DNA of 64,000 nucleotides from NCBI GenBank assembly GCA_964016885.1, contig OZ024740.1, positions 45,508,001 to 45,572,000 on the forward strand, in the 5' to 3' direction. This DNA comes from Eledone cirrhosa. Taxonomy: Eukaryota. Shown here one piece after another: positions 11,301-23,994 of the stretch (the first letter of the stretch is position 1; every line of letters starts with the position of its first letter). The notes under the pieces are model-generated. The model saw nothing but the letters and a program-made list of their open reading frames with translations. It made no database searches and was not told the origin of the DNA. The position numbers and the translations under genes are program-made.

Positions 11301-14300
11301 AAGTCAATGTATATTATATACAAGCACATATACTCAAATAAATATGTTAACTCTCAACATCCTGTACCACATTAAACCACATTAGCAAGACATTCTTGAA
11401 AAGTACAAAACAGCACTATGACTGCATTCCATTATAGTGAAGAGAAACTTACAAGTATATCTGGTAAAGTTTGTTATTTAGTTCACTGATACTGTTCTCC
11501 GTACCGAGGAATTCTTCAGCTTCATTCTTAACGCCCTCAAGGTTATCTTTTTCTTTCTCCACAGCCTTCACTCTGTTCAACTAAAGAAGAAAGCCAGTAT
11601 GAATAAAAATGAAAAAGAAAGTTGAGAAATCATCATCATCATCACTTTACTTTCCATACTGATAAGGGATGGATGGTTGTCAGTTCGAGATTAGACTGGT
11701 CAGGGAACTACATCTTGGTTATATTTTCTATATTTCGGCATTGTTTCTATGGCTGGAAGCCCTTCCTAATGCCAACCACTTTACAATGTGTACTAGATGC
11801 TTTTATCGTGGCACCAACACTACCACTTTACAAAGTGTACTGGGTGCATTTTTCCTGGTACCAGCACTACCACTTCACAGAGAGCAGGAAACAAAACAGG
11901 AAAATAAGGAGAATAACAAACTTAAAGGTTAATGAAAACAAAAACTGGAGAGAAGGTTGAAAAAGAAAGTGATGTAGAAAAGCAGCAGTAGGTAAGAGAA
12001 GTAGAAAACCAGGAGTGAAATGAGATGAAAAGAGAAAATATAAATCACCATTTTTCAAAAAAAGTTTATATAGAAGAGCTTGAATCAACAAATTAACTCA
12101 CAAGAAATCACATTAAAATAGTGTAAATTCAATGATGAATTAGGAAAATGTAAAATATTAAAGCTTTAAAACATCACTACTGCAAAACTGTTTAAACAAG
12201 ATAGGAAGAAGGAAGAAATCTATTTAAATGTTTGCTTTTGTGTTTTTTTTTCTCTAATTAAAGTAATATATGATCACTGTCTGGAATTGACCTACGGTCA
12301 GTTTTAAAGACTGTGTGTTCTATTGTTCAATCAATGATACAACCTGTTTAACATCAATTGAGTGGAAGTTGATAAATTCTACATTTAATTTTTTTTTACT
12401 GTTTAGTCAAAGAGGGGCTCCAAGACTGGTGAGAGAGAAAGAGAGGAAGGTGTCATCAAACCAGTCATCTGGCCCTAATGTTATGCGTAAGGGACAATGG
12501 AGGTATGTGGGTTGTGATGGGACAATGACATATAGTGGGGATATATGTATAAATGCCAATAGGGATAATACTTATATAAAAAATAAATAAATACAATATT
12601 ACTAACAATGAGGACTAAAATTTGAGATAGAGAAATAGAAAGCGGAAAAAATTAACCTTTTCTCCACGAAATTCATTTAAACTTTCTACACGTTTTGACA
12701 TTATCTCAATGGGTTCCTTAAACCGGCTGCTTCCAATAATGTCTTCCAAAAATTCAAGCATTCCTTCGCTGTGTTCATTTTCAGCTTTGGGCTTCATCAT
12801 GGCAATTTGCTCAACTTCTCCCTATAAATGTAAATAAAGAAAAGATTTTGCTTAAATTTCATGACTAACATTTTAAATATATTTGACTATTTAACAGTAT
12901 ATATCTGAATTGTGGCACAATTTCACAACAAAAGTGAATAAATTTTGAATTTTAAAACCTCTCCAATTTCCTTGCAATCATATCAGTTTATTTACATTTC
13001 TAACAAATTGTTAAAGCAGTGAAAATTTGGCCAGGTCACTTTAGTGTCATGGCTATCACAGCCATCCAACATACAGATGACATATGGCGCCAATCCTGCA
13101 GGCTTGTCTGTCTTAGTGTAATGGATATCACAACCATCTGACATACAGATGGCATAGGGTTCCTCCATTCCTGCAGGCATGTCTGTCTTACTGTCATGGA
13201 TATCACAGACACTTGACATACAGAAGACATATGGTTCCATTCCTGCAAACCTGTTTGTCCAACATTTTCTGTCCCCAAGAGTGATTTACTAAGCTCATTT
13301 GATTATTTTATAGTCTGAATTGTGGCAGCTTTTCACAAAAGCATATAAATTTCAAAATTTCAAACTTGCTCAATTTCCTTGTAATCTTGGTTTATTTCAG
13401 GAAATAGCTTTTAACATCTTAGCTCTACCACATGATGCCACATTAGCAAGATATTCTTGCAAAGTACAAAATAACACTATGAGTGCATCACATTAAAGTT
13501 CACTAATAAGGATTCTACAAACATTTGAATTAACAAACCTAAAAAGCACCCAGTCCAACCTATAAGGTGATTATGCTGGTGACACAACAAAAGGCACCCA
13601 GTCCACCCTATAAATTGGTTATGCTGGTAACAATTAAAAAGCACCCAGTCCACACTGTAACACAGTTGGCATTAGAAAGACATAGAAACCAGGCCAAAAT
13701 ATAGATGAACAAGACAAGATCACCTAACCTGAATTGTCTCTTAATGTGACAACCAGTCGAATCCAGGCACGTGTGAAAAATGCACATTAAACAATGATAA
13801 TGATGATTTTTAGATATTTTCTACTAAATCATTACAGGATGTTAAAAGTTTAACTAAAGCAGTGATTTCTTGAGTGACTAGTTCTGTCCACAATTGATAG
13901 TGCACAAAAAAAAAACGTAATTGTTGAGATTAAAGTACTGGCGTTATGATAAAACACACCGTGTCTACTCTGTAAAGTGGTAGTGCTGGTACTACAATAA
14001 AAAAAGTACACAGACCACTATGTAAATTGGTAGTATTGGTGCACAAAAATACGTAGCCAGTCAACCATGTGAAGTGGTTGGTGTTAAGAAGGGGGTCCAG
14101 CTGTAGAAATCATACCAAATATGGCTGAACATGACAACCTATGCCAGTGTGGAAATCATATGTAAAAACGATTATGATGATGAAAAGTGGAAGAAAAATA
14201 GTAAATTGCTCCATGAAGGAGGTACTTTAAACCCATGGAGCCAAGGATGCAGCAGACACTAGAAGGTTAACTCTTTCCTTATCACCTTTCTAATGAAATA

Positions 14301-17300
14301 CACTGCCTATGATTTTCACATCATTCTGAAAATATTCAAACAGGCCATATCCGGCCAGAATTCTCTCACCTCTTTCTATTCAAACCGGCCATAACCAGCT
14401 GCTCATACTTAAGGTATTGTTCTCAAAATAACTATCAAATTCTCTTAGATTCGATATTATGTGAGAGAAAGCCTCAACCACAAAAATACAATAGTATAGA
14501 GTAATGTAAATGCTAAAGAGTTAAGCTGGTGTTTGGAGTATAACATAAAAAAAGGATCTTACTTAAAATAATGATGGAAGATTTTTTAGATAGATATAAA
14601 CACTTTAAAATAGATTTTTTATTGTAGAACCAGAAGTGGTTTCAGTCGGTTTGTTATTAAGGGCATTAAATAAATACAAAATATTACAATTTTATTCATG
14701 AAGGACTTACTTGTAAGATAAGAAACCGGTTATGGTCAAGATCAATGCCACTAGCACGCAACAGGATTGCAATTTCTTTATATGTCTTCCGTTTGCCATC
14801 AACCATATAGTATGAAGTGTTGTCTCTAAATGCCACCCTTGAGACAACAAATTTGGAGTCAGGGACCACTTCATAATCTTCATCCCCATGCTGCAAAAAT
14901 TAAAAACATTAGAAAATGAGAACTACTCAAATATTGTTTTTATATTTTCTTCTTGTGTTAAGAGAGATGGAGTCCAGCTGAGTCAGTTGGAGACAATTGC
15001 TTCTGGAAGGAATGTTTGAGAACTTTGCCCCCATGACCCTCTCAGGAATAAGTGGGCAAAAAAAAGTTAAGACATTTTTGATGACTGAATCTTGAATTTG
15101 ATATGTTCTTTTGATACAATTATAACATATATGTAGCTCCAGCCATCAGAGACAGTCTTTGGCTATATTTAGCCTTAAAGAAATAAGAGCTAGAAATAAT
15201 TGTCCATCCCACCCCCAACTTAATAAAATAATGGGAAAAATAGTTATACTTACTCCCGTGTCAATGATTTTCTGAAAATGAACACTAACAGTACAGCTTT
15301 CAACATTTGGGTACTGCTGGCTATTGTGGATCAAAACACCAATTTTCTTAGAACGGATCTTGTTGGCACGGTAACCAAAGACAAACAGCATTGAATCAAT
15401 AACATTAGACTTGCCACTACCATTTGGACCAACAATGGAAGTAAAACACTGATAAAAGAAAAAAAAAAAAACAAATGAGAAACTTAAAAGAAAAAAAAAC
15501 CCTGAAGAAGAGCCTCCAAGGTTTTTCAAAGAGCAATAAATATTCGTCTAACCCATGCTAGCGTGGAAGAACAGACGTAAAACGGTGATGATGATGATTT
15601 TCCATTTCACATTAGGCTATAAACATCATCATCATCATCATCATCACCGTTTTACGTCCGTTCTTCCACGCTAGCATGGGTTAGACGGGTTGTCCTGTTG
15701 TGGGCAGTGTCTGGTTGGCTGACCATGCCTTGCTCATACAGGAACTGTATGCACTTTTTATTTCATATGGAAGGGAACTGTATACGCTTTTTATTTCATA
15801 TGGAAGAGAACTGTATACACTTTTTATTTCATATGGAAGGGATGAAAGATACATGTAAGCACAAATCTGAGCTCTAAAATATTTTGACACTGAACTGTAT
15901 ATCAACTATACAATAGAGAAACTGTTCTACCTTTTAGTTAGGACTACAGTACTGAATGCACCAAGTAGGTATTTTGTCCCTGATTTAGTTAACCGATTTA
16001 TTACTATATTTCCAATGAATGTCTAAAACAATTAATGTTTAAAACAATAACAAATTTGGATGAATTTAGTAAAATAATTAACTTTCTTATGATCAAATTG
16101 ATGTTTGGAATATTACAGAAAATTCTTACATTTGATAGAATGTTTTAATATAAGGGAAAATATATTAAAACATGCAGTTTTGTATTACAAAAACATGAAT
16201 GGTTTGGTATCAAAATGCTTCTTTATAGCTTTTAAACCTAACAAGCCAAATATAGCTCTGATTTTAAATCACATATGACAATATAGAGACAATAAGAAAT
16301 TAACTTTGGTGTGACAAGATTTTAGTATTGTATGCTACAAATTATTACAACACCAGACAATGTTTACATTATTCATTTCAGCTCTCCGTGCTGTCTATGT
16401 CTAAATCTTGGCAAGATCAACTTTGCTTTTCATCCTTTTGAGGTTGATAAAAAAAGTACAAGTCCAATACTGGCGCCAATTCTCCTGTAATATCTCCCTC
16501 TCTCTTTTTCAGTTTTAGAAATTGGCTGTGTTCAGGCATGAAAGGTGATGAGCTGCCAGGTTTAAAGTGCCCAAGACATGCCATATGTCAATGGCATCCC
16601 TACAACTCCAAAAGTTACTTGTTTATACATACATTGTATGCTACAAAATAACTCATAAATAATACAATAATCAAACAAGTACATTGCCACTCACACATAC
16701 CCAAAACTTAAATCAATCATACCAAATTTACTTAAATGGTGATCTAAAACTGGTTCCATGATCAAATGTTATTGTAATAAAATATTTCCTCAAACAAATT
16801 ATTCCTTCAACAAGAATTATTACATTAACACTAAAGATTTTTATTTTTGGCATAATTTTGATTGAAAGAAAAAGATATTTTTTAGCTCACTCAATTAACT
16901 ATATAAGCCCCCACTTAAATATCTGTTCTTTATACAGAAAGCATCCCTGGGTAATCTTTCAATGTTATTATTTTAATTTACTTAATCAGCTAATCTATTT
17001 TCATTAGTACTGATATCAAACCCTAAACCATGTGGTTGGATAACATGAAAGATTTCCATGACAACTAAATATAATAAAGTTTTATAATAGTGCAATCACA
17101 AGATGTCTCATGATCATCAAATAGCATTTTAGTTGTCATGAGATATCTTGTGACTAGGGTTTAAGACTATATTCCCAGTACTATGATTTAGAATTTGAAA
17201 TTTATGGTTCCAGTAAAGCATAATAAGAAGCGAGTGAATTAGCAGATTAAGGATGCCTGGGTATTTGTTTTAGTTTACTGTGCTGAGTTTAAATCCTGCT

Positions 17301-19275
17301 GAGGTCAACTTTGTCTTTCATTCTTTTGATGTCAATAAATAAGGGACCAGTGAAGAACTGGAATTGGTTCTTTATCTTTTTATCACTCTCTCTGGAAGAA
17401 ACCAGCTGTGTTCTGACCTTGAAAGTGTCAGCACAGACATTCTATGAGCCACTCTTCAAAGAGTAATGGTAGTTACAGTCCCATCCTCCTTCTGTAAATA
17501 TGCCGAGAAATATGTGACAAATTGATGGTAAAATGGAAGTCAAGGTCAATATTTTGCAGATTTTCGCTTTGGCAGTGAATATAACACCAATTTCATTGTG
17601 GATGTGAAATTTATTTTTCATATTTTTATTTAATGTTTTGAATGAATATGGCCTTTAAAACGATGGGAAATTGGTAAAAATCATTACGAAATGGAGTTAT
17701 GAAACAAAAACTATACTCTATACGACCCTTGAAACATTTAAAATATGAAAATATTAAAACTTCATAAACATATTCTCCATTCATGATAATTTCAAAACCA
17801 CACCATTTAAACATGCGTTCATTAGCTGCCTCGGTTTATGGACATAGTTTGGATTTTTGCCCCATTTCTCAGGCATGAAATAGGTTGCCAGAATATTTTC
17901 AAGTATATACAGTAACAATGAGGCTAATGACTCTCCCCCCCCCCCCCCTTACAATAGGGCTGCCTTGGCTTATACTCGGGTTTGAAATATTGTCCATTTC
18001 TCAGCTTAAGCTTATATTTGAGTATATACGGTGAGCTAGAAACATTACAACAGTTAATAGGTTAGTTAAGTAACATAGAAGCATCATTAAAAATTAAAAT
18101 TTCAACTCCTGAACATATAATGCATACAAAGTTATAAAATATATAACTATAATAGTTCAGCTTAATCAATACTTATCTTTTTCACAGTGCAGTAAATTAG
18201 ATTAGTTGAATATCAATTACCTTATGAAATGGTCCAATAATCTGTGTGTTGGCATAAGACTTGAAGAAATAGTTTTCTATATGACTAATCATGAGCCTTG
18301 GTCCATCACGTGAATAGGTGGCCACACCTTCAAGTATTGGTGGAATTTCAATTGGAACATAATCTGAGAAAATATATTTGAAACAAAATGTAACCAAATT
18401 TAAAAGTATTCATTGACAATACAATATTTCTTTTGCTTAAAAAGAAAAATGTTTCTATGTAATAAGTAATGTGAATAAATAAATATATAAAGAAATAAGT
18501 TGTTTATGATTTTAAATAACTACTGCCTATGATTTTCAAATAATTTTTATATATAAACAAAGTGCAGGGTGATCAAAATTGATGGAAGCGACGGTGTAGG
18601 AACGATGTGATAAAAGCTGACCTTGCACATCTCTAAGACAATGACAGAGAATCGAGATCTTTGGCGCTATGCAGTAACACAGAAGACCTGCTTTCCCTTG
18701 CGCGGAGACTTAAATTTACACTCAGTAGGCACCTTTGAATCCAATATACACCCCACACCACCCTTACTTTGTAAAGTTATGTTGGTATCACAAAACATCC
18801 AGCCCACACGGTAAAGTGCTCGTGTAGGTGTTACGACAAAAAGCACCTAGCCCACACTGTAAAGTAGTCATGTAAGAGACACGGCAAAAAGCACCAAGCA
18901 CGCACTGCAACTGTGGTTGTCAATAGGAAGGGCAACCAACCATAGAAAACCAGCTAGAAACAGTCCTATATGAGTGAGACACATTCAACCGACCCAACTT
19001 GCCTCAAATGAGACAAACCTGTCTAACCCATGCGAGTATGGAAAATAGACATTAAACAATGATGATGATGGTGAATTCAGAATTTGGAGGAATTTGATAA
19101 TATAGTTTTGGTTATAAAACTAAAATGAAAGGAGAAACAAAAAATGTGTACCTTCTGGCCTGAAGATGTATGCATTAGGAGTTACCATAGACAATTCTTC
19201 AGCTTCCCCTTCTTGAACTTCAGCTGGCTCCTTTGAAGTAGAAGCAGCTGTAGCCTTTCTTTGTTTTCTTACCAT
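5510..19275 (-). CDS. SMC4: Structural maintenance of chromosomes protein 4 (condensin), N-terminal 8 coding exons; gene continues beyond position 1
   Basis: Spliced product includes [75 protein letters not shown] and GMLEFLEDIIG. All junctions GT-AG and in phase. Confidence 0.97.
6484..6640 (+). mobile_element. tRNA-derived SINE, degenerate; its microsatellite tail is adjacent to the LINE insertion
   Basis: A-box-like GGCTGAGTGG, CCTTGAGCAAG core, (TG)n(TA)n tail. Confidence 0.55.
6666..8382 (+). mobile_element. 5'-truncated RTE LINE; open RT-to-C-terminus frame (ORF track 6641-8026) with inserted PHD-like zinc finger
   Basis: AFVDLEKAFD, HQGSVLSP, YADD, FRYLG, RRLRWYGHV, GRPRKTW; 3' UTR ends in (GAT)10. 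Confidence 0.95.
8617..8805 (+). mobile_element. tRNA-derived SINE (family also at about 28750, 29290, 30570, 31224, 31428, 43325, 55030 and, reversed, 45005 and 54295)
   Basis: TGGCAGTATCGG A-box, GAGTTCAAAT B-box, core AACTTTGCCTTTCATCCTTxCGGGGTCGATAAAAT, (ATT)n tail. Confidence 0.85.
8890..9480 (-). mobile_element. Degraded LINE 3' fragment of a different RTE family
   Basis: TYGSETWAL...MLGITL...WIWQQTGVKDII...HRWASH...WTIRVTEWTPR. Confidence 0.8.
10473..10613 (-). CDS. SMC4: SMC4 coiled-coil exon (NECITNESK...CDKTY)
   Basis: 141 nt, phase 2/2, open frame, polypyrimidine acceptor and GTAAGT donor. Confidence 0.85.
11453..11580 (-). CDS. SMC4: SMC4 exon (LNRVKAVEKEKDNLEG...LYQIY)
   Basis: 128 nt, phase 0/2; not in the ORF track, read manually. 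Confidence 0.92.
12657..12821 (-). CDS. SMC4: SMC4 exon ([12 protein letters not shown]...RGEK)
   Basis: 165 nt; conserved GMLEFLEDIIG. Confidence 0.96.
13045..13250. repeat. Tandem repeat, about 72-76 bp x3
   Basis: TGTCATGGxTATCACA...CATACAGAxGxCATA...TCCTGCA recurs at about 13045, 13117 and 13192. Confidence 0.8.
14711..14890 (-). CDS. SMC4: SMC4 exon (HGDEDYEVV...NRFLILQ, Q-loop)
   Basis: 180 nt, phase 0/0, donor GTAAGT. Confidence 0.96.
15254..15448 (-). CDS. SMC4: SMC4 exon containing the Walker A P-loop
   Basis: [28 protein letters not shown]; 195 nt; donor GTAAGT. Confidence 0.97.
18221..18363 (-). CDS. SMC4: SMC4 exon (DYVPIEIPP...GPFHK)
   Basis: Conserved [18 protein letters not shown]/GT boundaries; 143 nt. 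Confidence 0.95.
18559..19072 (+). mobile_element. Diverged 3' fragment of the RTE LINE
   Basis: SKTMTENRDLWRYAVTQKT and a homologous 3' UTR with (GAT)n tail. Confidence 0.8.
19152..19275 (-). CDS. SMC4: SMC4 first coding exon (MVRKQRKATAAS...YIFRPE)
   Basis: ATG at 19275; acceptor just above 19287; donor G|GTAC is phase 1 and joins the next exon in frame. Confidence 0.8.
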
Positions 19276-19982
19276 CCTGTCTCTCAACTAAAAAGAAAAT
19301 AAAGCCTTCAAACATTTGTCAAACAAAAACATTTCTTATTGTTCATTCATTTTTAGCAAATGCAATCAGACGAACTCGAATTCTTGTTCCCAGGTTGACT
19401 GGGTATATTATTGCGACCACATATGCTGACCTTTTTGGCCGCATAGATATTTGTTTCCTTTGTTTGGGACTAGTGTTGCCAGGTTGTCTGGAGGGACGGT
19501 TTTCTAGAGGCTATCTGCTGGTTGTCAGGAGATAAAACTATCCTCGTGTCCAAGTACTCAGTCCAGTTCAGTTCCAGCGACCAGAACAATCCTGTTGCAA
19601 CAGATACTCTTCTCGGCCCTTTTGGCCAGCGGGCCGTGACAGCTATATTCCCGTTCAACTTTAACAAAGGTCAGTTCTATGCATCTTTTCAGGCTATGCA
19701 TTCACACATACAAATTACATCTGATTCATAACATCACACAATTCAACTGTGGTTATTTGTTCTTCGTGTTATAACTTCGATGAAAGTTATATTTAATAAA
19801 ATATTAACATAGCTGCTTTGTGTTATTGTGGTTTATAAATTTCATTGCCTATGTGATCGGGGTAAACCCAAGGAATAATATCATCATCATCACAAGGAAC
19901 ACTGTACTGATTTACTCGCACACCCGCACAGACACATCAATCTTCCTTCGCCCACAACGGTGATATCACTGAACAATCCACT

Positions 19983-20622
19983 AGTACACACACAACCGAA
20001 TCAACACATCTCCGAGTACACACACAACTGAATCAACACATCTAAGAGTACACACACAACCGAATCAACACATCCACGAGTACACACACAACTGAATCAA
20101 CACATCCACGAGTACACACACAACCGAATCAACACATATCCGAGTACACACACAACCGAATCAACACATCTATGAGTACACACACAACTGAATCAACACA
20201 TCTACGAGTACACACATAACTGAATCAACACATCTACGAGTACACACCGAATCAACACAACTGAATCAACACATCTACGAGTACACACATAACTTAATCA
20301 ACACATCTATGAGTACACAACCGAATCATCACATCTACGAATACACACACAACTGAATCAACACATCTCCGAGTACACACACAACTGAATCAACACATCT
20401 AAGAGTACACACATAACTGAATCAACACATCTACGAGTACACACACAACTAAATCAACACATCCACGAGTACACACAAAACTGAATCAACACATCTACGA
20501 GTACACACAAAACTGAATCAACACATCTACGAGTACACACACAACTGAATCAACACATCCACGAGTACACACACAACTAAATCAACACATCCACGAGTAC
20601 ACACAACGACCGAATCAACAAC
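19983..20622. repeat. 32-bp minisatellite, about 20 copies
   Basis: Unit AGTACACACACAACYGAATCAACACATCYACG; starts at 19983 and 20015. Confidence 0.95.
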
Positions 20623-21065
20623 ACAACACCACCACACATCCATCATACACTAGACTTGCTATACATTCATCTTTAACATAACAGACAATAAATTAAACCT
20701 TAACGTCCTCTACTGTATGAAAGCACATTAGCAAAACAATTTAAATACACCATGAAAAGGAAATCAATCTGCGTATATGTACATACTTTTTAAAAACTTG
20801 CAAAAATTGAATTGACACAAATCAAATTTAGAAAATGAATACGAAAAGAAATGAAAACTAACTCCATTTAAAAATTAGACAAATTAGTAATAACCGTCTT
20901 TAGAAAGAATAAACATGTCGAGGTTTTGCATTTTAAATATCCTTTCTTCAACTATATCATAACAAAATAACATTTCAAAAAACACGATATAAAATTAAAA
21001 GGAAAAGATTTACACTCATTTAATATAAACTTTATAAATACAAGAGAAATACTGATAAAATTTAC

Positions 21066-21165
21066 CTTAGTAATTTTTACAATTCAATAAAGTTGTTTAT
21101 CCCGCCTTTACTAGAATATTACAGTACGCATGCTCCATATTTCTGATACTCTACATACTTCCGTT
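21066..21165 (-). promoter_or_regulatory. SMC4: Putative SMC4 non-coding first exon and promoter
   Basis: Donor AAG|GTAAA at 21066; E2F-like GGCGGGATAAA (21096-21106); partial NRF1-like ACGCATGC (about 21126); ETS CGGAAGT (21157-21163). Confidence 0.5.
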
Positions 21166-23066
21166 GATAAAAATTTAAGGGACTTTTTATATATATATAT
21201 ATATTTACTATCTGGCCCCGTGCCGTAAAAAAATGACGGTTTTATATATAAAAAGGGTGCAAAACCAAGTGTTTGGTTTAATTCTTTTATTCAGATTTAT
21301 TTTTGTGTGAAAAAAATCTAACCGCAACTAACATAACGTGGTATGCGGCCGATTGTCACGCTTAGTGGTTGTTTTTTTTTTTTTTCTGGCTTTTATAATT
21401 TATATATTTGTGAGCAATAATTTATATATTTAATTTATATATTTGTGAGCAATAATTAATTGTATTTATTATATGTGTTTATATTTTCATTCGGTAAGAA
21501 TTATAAACAGTTTGTAATGTTATTTATACAACTGTGAATAATAAAAAATATATTTATACGTAATAAGAATTTTCCGTTGACCCTTGAGGTGTGCGACTGA
21601 TTGTCGCACCTGGTGGTGAATTGACGGTTGTTTTTGTTTTGTCTTTTTCTTTGATCATATATTTGTGTACATTTTATTTGTGAGATTTCTAGCAATAATT
21701 AATTGTATTTATTGTATATGTTTAACAAAATATATATCTTGGTGAGCATATGTATACATTTATATGTATGAGTATATAAATTTATTCACAATTGTATAAA
21801 TAATATTACAAATAAAAAAGAAACAAAGAAAAGAAAAAAGTATATAAATATAAACACAAACACTCACAAGTATAAATGTATTCACATTTATACTTACACA
21901 CAATAATGGCCAATGTGTTTAGTCAATTCGCTACACATACACAAGTTTAGGGAATCTTAGACCGTTAGTCGCTGTTTCCTATAGTTTGTCACCACCCGCT
22001 TCTTTCTTCAATCACTCTCCCAGAGTGTTACGGATAAATATATAAATATACATACATTGGCTATTATGATATTAAGTGATGTTTATATTTACAGAAATAT
22101 TTATACAAAGCAATATGGAAATGTAGAATAGAAAAAGAACGAAAGGGAGAGAGGAAACGACAGACTATACACCCCGGTCTGAGCGGTATCTGTCAGTTGC
22201 GACCAGCGAATAAAATAGTGTAGACATTGCAAGGGAGAACGGGTAGCGCCACCTGCTGCAACAGCCACTTCCAAATGTAAAAAGGAAGTGGTCTGTTAAA
22301 TACTGGTATTTAGCAACCATACGAACCAAATTATATTAACACAATATTATGTACAGCCCCCACGCCGCCGCCTATCTAATACATTTTTTTCTTTTTCTCG
22401 AAATCTATAAGTGACACCAGTTGCAACAGCCACTCCGCCGCACAATGCCCTTCCTTGGGCGGCTGCCGTGTTTCCGATTTTGCGAAGGAAAATGGCTGTT
22501 CAGGGACCTAGGACACCAGAAATATGGACGGCAACAGACGTGAAAAGGAAGTTGTCTTTTAAATCTTGTTAAACCTTGGTATTTAGCTCCTTTCTTCTCT
22601 GCATTGCGGACGACAGTGCCTGGTTGGCGACCAAAGATACAAGGCTGGAGCGGAATGAATATCATATGAATTAATCAATTTCCGATAACAAGTACATCAT
22701 GCCATTGGGGTACCACTTTAGAATGAGCCTTGGAGATGCTTGGCGTTGTCTATCTCCACTCCAAGCAGAATTAGTATAGCATCGGATAAAAGGAATTTAC
22801 AATGCGGTTCTCAACCAGGGTCCATATACAAATTTTGGGAGGTCTGCAGTAGAATTTTGGGGTGTATGAAAAAACTTTGCTTTCAAAGAAATGATAAATT
22901 ATCTTGGAGAAAGAAAACAAATAAAACAGTCAACTAAAGCAGTTGGTCAAAAAATTCCTGGGGAATTAATAAAAATTAAAAGAAATACTGGAGAGCGAAT
23001 ACGATGGCAACCAGAATCAGTGGGTATAAAGTATAAATAAATAAATTTACATATATACACACCTTA

Positions 23067-23977
23067 TCTCTCTATATAAAATTCTTTTTCTTTCTGTCTG
23101 TCTGTTCCTATGCATTCTCAAACAGCTAGGCCAAATCAAATCAAATTTTACAAGGTATTAGACCCCAGAAGTGTCAACATGTAATTTTTATTTTCATTTG
23201 GATTAAAACAATATATTTTATCTAAAAGAACATTTCTATAGTGAAACAAGATGACGACGTCACATTTTGTATATGAGTGTGTATGTGTGTGTGTGTTTGC
23301 GAGTTCGTTACGTACGTTAGGCCTCAGAGAATTAAACACACACACACATCTACACATAAATATAGCCTACATATTATATAGCATACATATTATCTTCACA
23401 TAGACAATTAAACACACACACACATCTACACATACGTGATGACAGACAGGTGTGGGTGAATATGTGTCTGTCTTAGTATATGTATGTGAGTGTGTGTATG
23501 ATAATTTATATTTTCTATTGGATTAAAATAGAAAACATCACATTTTATATATGAATATGTATGTGTCTGTGTGCATTCATTAGGTACGTTATTAAATACC
23601 TTCACTCATCTACACATACATATACATATGTACGACTGTCAAAAAAATGAGGTGAAAAGCTATGTGTACGTCTGCGTGAATGTATGTCTGTGTGTCTGTC
23701 TTAGTATATGTATGAGAAAGTGTGTGAGTGTGTAGCAACAATTTATTCATTTGGACACCAACAAAAAATTACACAATGGCTATTGTTTACCCTGAGGTGC
23801 TTCAAGATTGACAGATTTTCATTTCTAAATTCTATTATCATTACAATTTTGATATTTTTTTAATAAAATATAAATATTTTGAAATAATTATGAGAAAAAA
23901 AAATATCTTCATATTTATTGTTAAATAATCTGAATAAGAACAGCAGTAACCCGGGCAATGCCGGGTAATTCAGCTAG
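23067..23977 (+). mobile_element. Non-autonomous Helitron
   Basis: Host A|TC start (TCTCTCTATATAAAA, then TCTG repeats); 3' hairpin ACCCGG-GCAATG-CCGGGT; CTAG|T end; no TSD. Confidence 0.8.
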
Positions 23978-23994
23978 TATATATATATATATGT

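Noticed and set aside
12992-13278. Cys-containing repetitive ORFs in the SMC4 intron
   Set aside because: They are translations of a 3-copy tandem repeat, and the flanking SMC4 exons join in frame without them.
19983-20622. CRISPR-like array
   Set aside because: Contiguous units with no unique spacers.
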